From: Prochlorococcus sp. AG-363-P19
GTDB taxonomy: Bacteria; Cyanobacteriota; Cyanobacteriia; PCC-6307; Cyanobiaceae
Assembly (NCBI GenBank): GCA_003280055.1
Contig: QCGG01000008.1
Span: 19,700-83,699, forward strand
DNA length: 64,000 nucleotides
Direction: 5' to 3'
Position 1 is the stretch's first letter. Every line of letters starts with the position of its first letter. Shown here in pieces: positions 62,421-64,000 of this stretch. Made by a program: the position numbers and the translations under genes. Below the pieces are notes generated by a model. It made no database searches. It was not told the DNA's origin and saw only the letters and a program-made list of their open reading frames with translations.

Positions 62421-62471
62421 TTGCCAAGTGCAGATTAAGCAGGTACAAATGTATTGACGTACACATGCACT
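62421..62471 (+). promoter_or_regulatory. Candidate lexA promoter (TTGCCA-17-TACAAA) with two LexA-box-like sites
   Basis: GGTACAAATGTATT (62442-62455) has 1 mismatch to the cyanobacterial consensus RGTACNNNDGTWCB and overlaps the -10-like hexamer. CGTACACATGCACT (62458-62471) has 2 mismatches. Confidence 0.3.
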
Positions 62472-62475
62472 CCTT

Positions 62476-63093
62476 GTGGTATCGCCTACTGAAGAGTTGC
62501 TAACGCCAGCTCAGCGAGAGCTTTACGAGTGGCTTACTGATTTTATTAGTACTCATCATCACAGTCCTTCTATAAGGCAGATGATGCAAGGGATGGGTTT
62601 GCGCTCACCAGCTCCAATTCAGAGCAGGCTTCGTCATTTACAACAAAAAGGCTGGATTACTTGGCAAGAAGGTCAGGCACGTACACTTCAGTTACTTGGA
62701 GGCCTGACAGGCGGAATACCAGTACTAGGAGCTGTTGCGGCAGGAGGATTGGTAGAGACGTTTGACGATGTGCAAGATCGCCTTGATCTGAATTCTGTGC
62801 TCGATAGAAATGGCTTATTTGCTCTCAATGTAAATGGGAACTCGATGGTCGATGCACATATTGCTGATGGAGATGTGGTCTTAATGGAACCAGTTAGAGA
62901 GCCTTCTCTTTTGAGAAATGGAACTGTTGTTAGTGCACTGGTTTTAGGCAGTGGGACTACCTTGAAGTATTTCTATAGAAGTGGTTCTTCAGTAAAGCTA
63001 GAGGCAGCTAATTCGGCATATAAACCTATAGAGGTCAATGTAGATCAAGTTCAAATCCAAGGTAAATTGGTAGCAGTATGGAGGCATGTTTAA
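62476..63093 (+). CDS. lexA: LexA repressor (self-cleavage residues retained)
   Basis: N-terminal wHTH (LTPAQRELYEWL...SIRQMM), an Ala-Gly site in VAAGG, the Ser in GNSMVD, and the Lys in GKLVAVW. GTG start. Confidence 0.9.
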   Translation: MVSPTEELLTPAQRELYEWLTDFISTHHHSPSIRQMMQGMGLRSPAPIQSRLRHLQQKGWITWQEGQARTLQLLGGLTGGIPVLGAVAAGGLVETFDDVQDRLDLNSVLDRNGLFALNVNGNSMVDAHIADGDVVLMEPVREPSLLRNGTVVSALVLGSGTTLKYFYRSGSSVKLEAANSAYKPIEVNVDQVQIQGKLVAVWRHV

Positions 63094-63566
63094 CTTCGAA
63101 TTCCTTATGATCCAATCAATGTCTTGGATTAATCTCTTCAAATAGCCTGGTAAAAAAAAGAGAATTCTTAATAAAGCTTCTAATATTCAGACTTGATTCA
63201 AATTAAGGCTATAAAGGGTAAATGATTTTATATATAGCCTGAATATTATTGAAAAAATTAAATTAATTCTAAGAAGTGGATTTAGAATCTTCCTTAGTAA
63301 AATGCTTAAAGGGCTATATAAATATAATGTTATATCAGCCAAATGATTTGAATGATCGCCACATGATAGTCAGTATAGCTCTGGAGAAGAAGCCTAATTC
63401 ATTAACAAATGAGAAAGGTTAAAAAAAATTATCTATTTTGAGACCGCTTTCCCACAGATAAGTAGGCGACATGTTAGATTTATTTCTAATAGCCAGGTAT
63501 ATAAGGTGGTTGGCTTACTACATTTAAAAACTATTAGTTATGAATTTTGATTTCAATTGAACAAGA

Positions 63567-64000
63567 ATGAAAGCAATTAAGCGATTTACAGGAACCCTCA
63601 AAGATGCTTATAATTATAAGTATAATTTTGAGAATACCCCTCCTAATCAGGTCATTTTATTTGTTACATCCTTGTGTAACTTTGCATGTGAAACATGTTT
63701 TTATTCAGAGAAGCTAAATGATACAAGAAATGATTTAACTTTTGAAGAATTGGAGAAAATTTCTTCAAACTTTAAACAGATAAGGCTATTACTTCTAACG
63801 GGCGGTGAGCCATATCTAAGAAAGGAATTCTTTGAAGTGATTAAACTTTTCTATGATAATAATAAAGTCAGAAAATTACATTTGCCTACTAATGGCTACG
63901 CCACAAAGAAAATAATTGAAGACACGAAAAGAATGCTCATAGAATTACCAAAATTACAAGTTAATATAGGAGTCTCTTTAGATGCAATGTATGATAAGCA
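63567..64000 (+). CDS. Radical SAM protein, N-terminal part (3' end outside window)
   Basis: My translation is MKAIKRFTGTLKDAYNYKYNFENTPPNQVILFVTSLCNFACETCFY...LLLLTGGEPYL. It contains a CxxxCxxC cluster motif and a GGE SAM motif. The local sequence is AT-rich. Confidence 0.7.
   Translation, partial: MKAIKRFTGTLKDAYNYKYNFENTPPNQVILFVTSLCNFACETCFYSEKLNDTRNDLTFEELEKISSNFKQIRLLLLTGGEPYLRKEFFEVIKLFYDNNKVRKLHLPTNGYATKKIIEDTKRMLIELPKLQVNIGVSLDAMYDK

Noticed and set aside
63094-63566. Candidate RiPP precursor peptides upstream of the radical SAM gene
   Set aside because: Only ORFs of 10-19 aa exist (for example MIVSIALEKKPNSLTNEKG). None has a leader/core-like organisation or Cys/Ser/Thr enrichment, so the evidence is insufficient.

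Overview
The window reads as a gene-dense chromosomal segment of a low-GC marine picocyanobacterium. Gene content and order point to Prochlorococcus, but this is an inference without a database search. The pointers are clpR-clpP, ftn2/zipN, the Ni-SOD genes sodN/sodX/sodT, cpmA/larB, and DUF1517/DUF3611/DUF3122/DUF4359-type conserved proteins. About 65 protein genes are supportable, mostly housekeeping: ilvC, ftsQ/ftsZ/ddl, miaB, murA, argD, folC, lpdA, trpC, lnt, mnmA, pdhA, ffh, rpsP, era, pheS, nadK, ribD, ribF, ftsH, argF and lexA. There are also three tRNAs, His-GTG, Leu-CAA and Leu-CAG, and an SRP (4.5S-like) RNA that the ORF track cannot show. I saw no rRNA, CRISPR array, transposase, integrase, prophage or recognisable defence system. 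Both ends of the window, about 1-3990 and 63094-64000, look clearly more AT-rich by eye than the core. The left end carries surface-polysaccharide genes and the right end a radical-SAM gene, so both look like accessory island edges. The points most worth a second look are these. (1) TrmD and IspF are joined in frame with no intervening stop, and the ORF sits in a tight operon with an ABM-like exported protein and LarB/CpmA. (2) The nucleotide-heptose cassette mixes a GHMP kinase, GmhA and a HAD-phosphatase::cytidylyltransferase fusion whose HxGH motif reads HPGY. (3) In the Ni-SOD module sodX appears to overlap the 3' end of sodN by 68 nt. (4) Several translationally coupled cassettes and sub-60-aa ORFs have no known function. 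None of these amounts to a demonstrated new system. All are hypotheses from reading the sequence.
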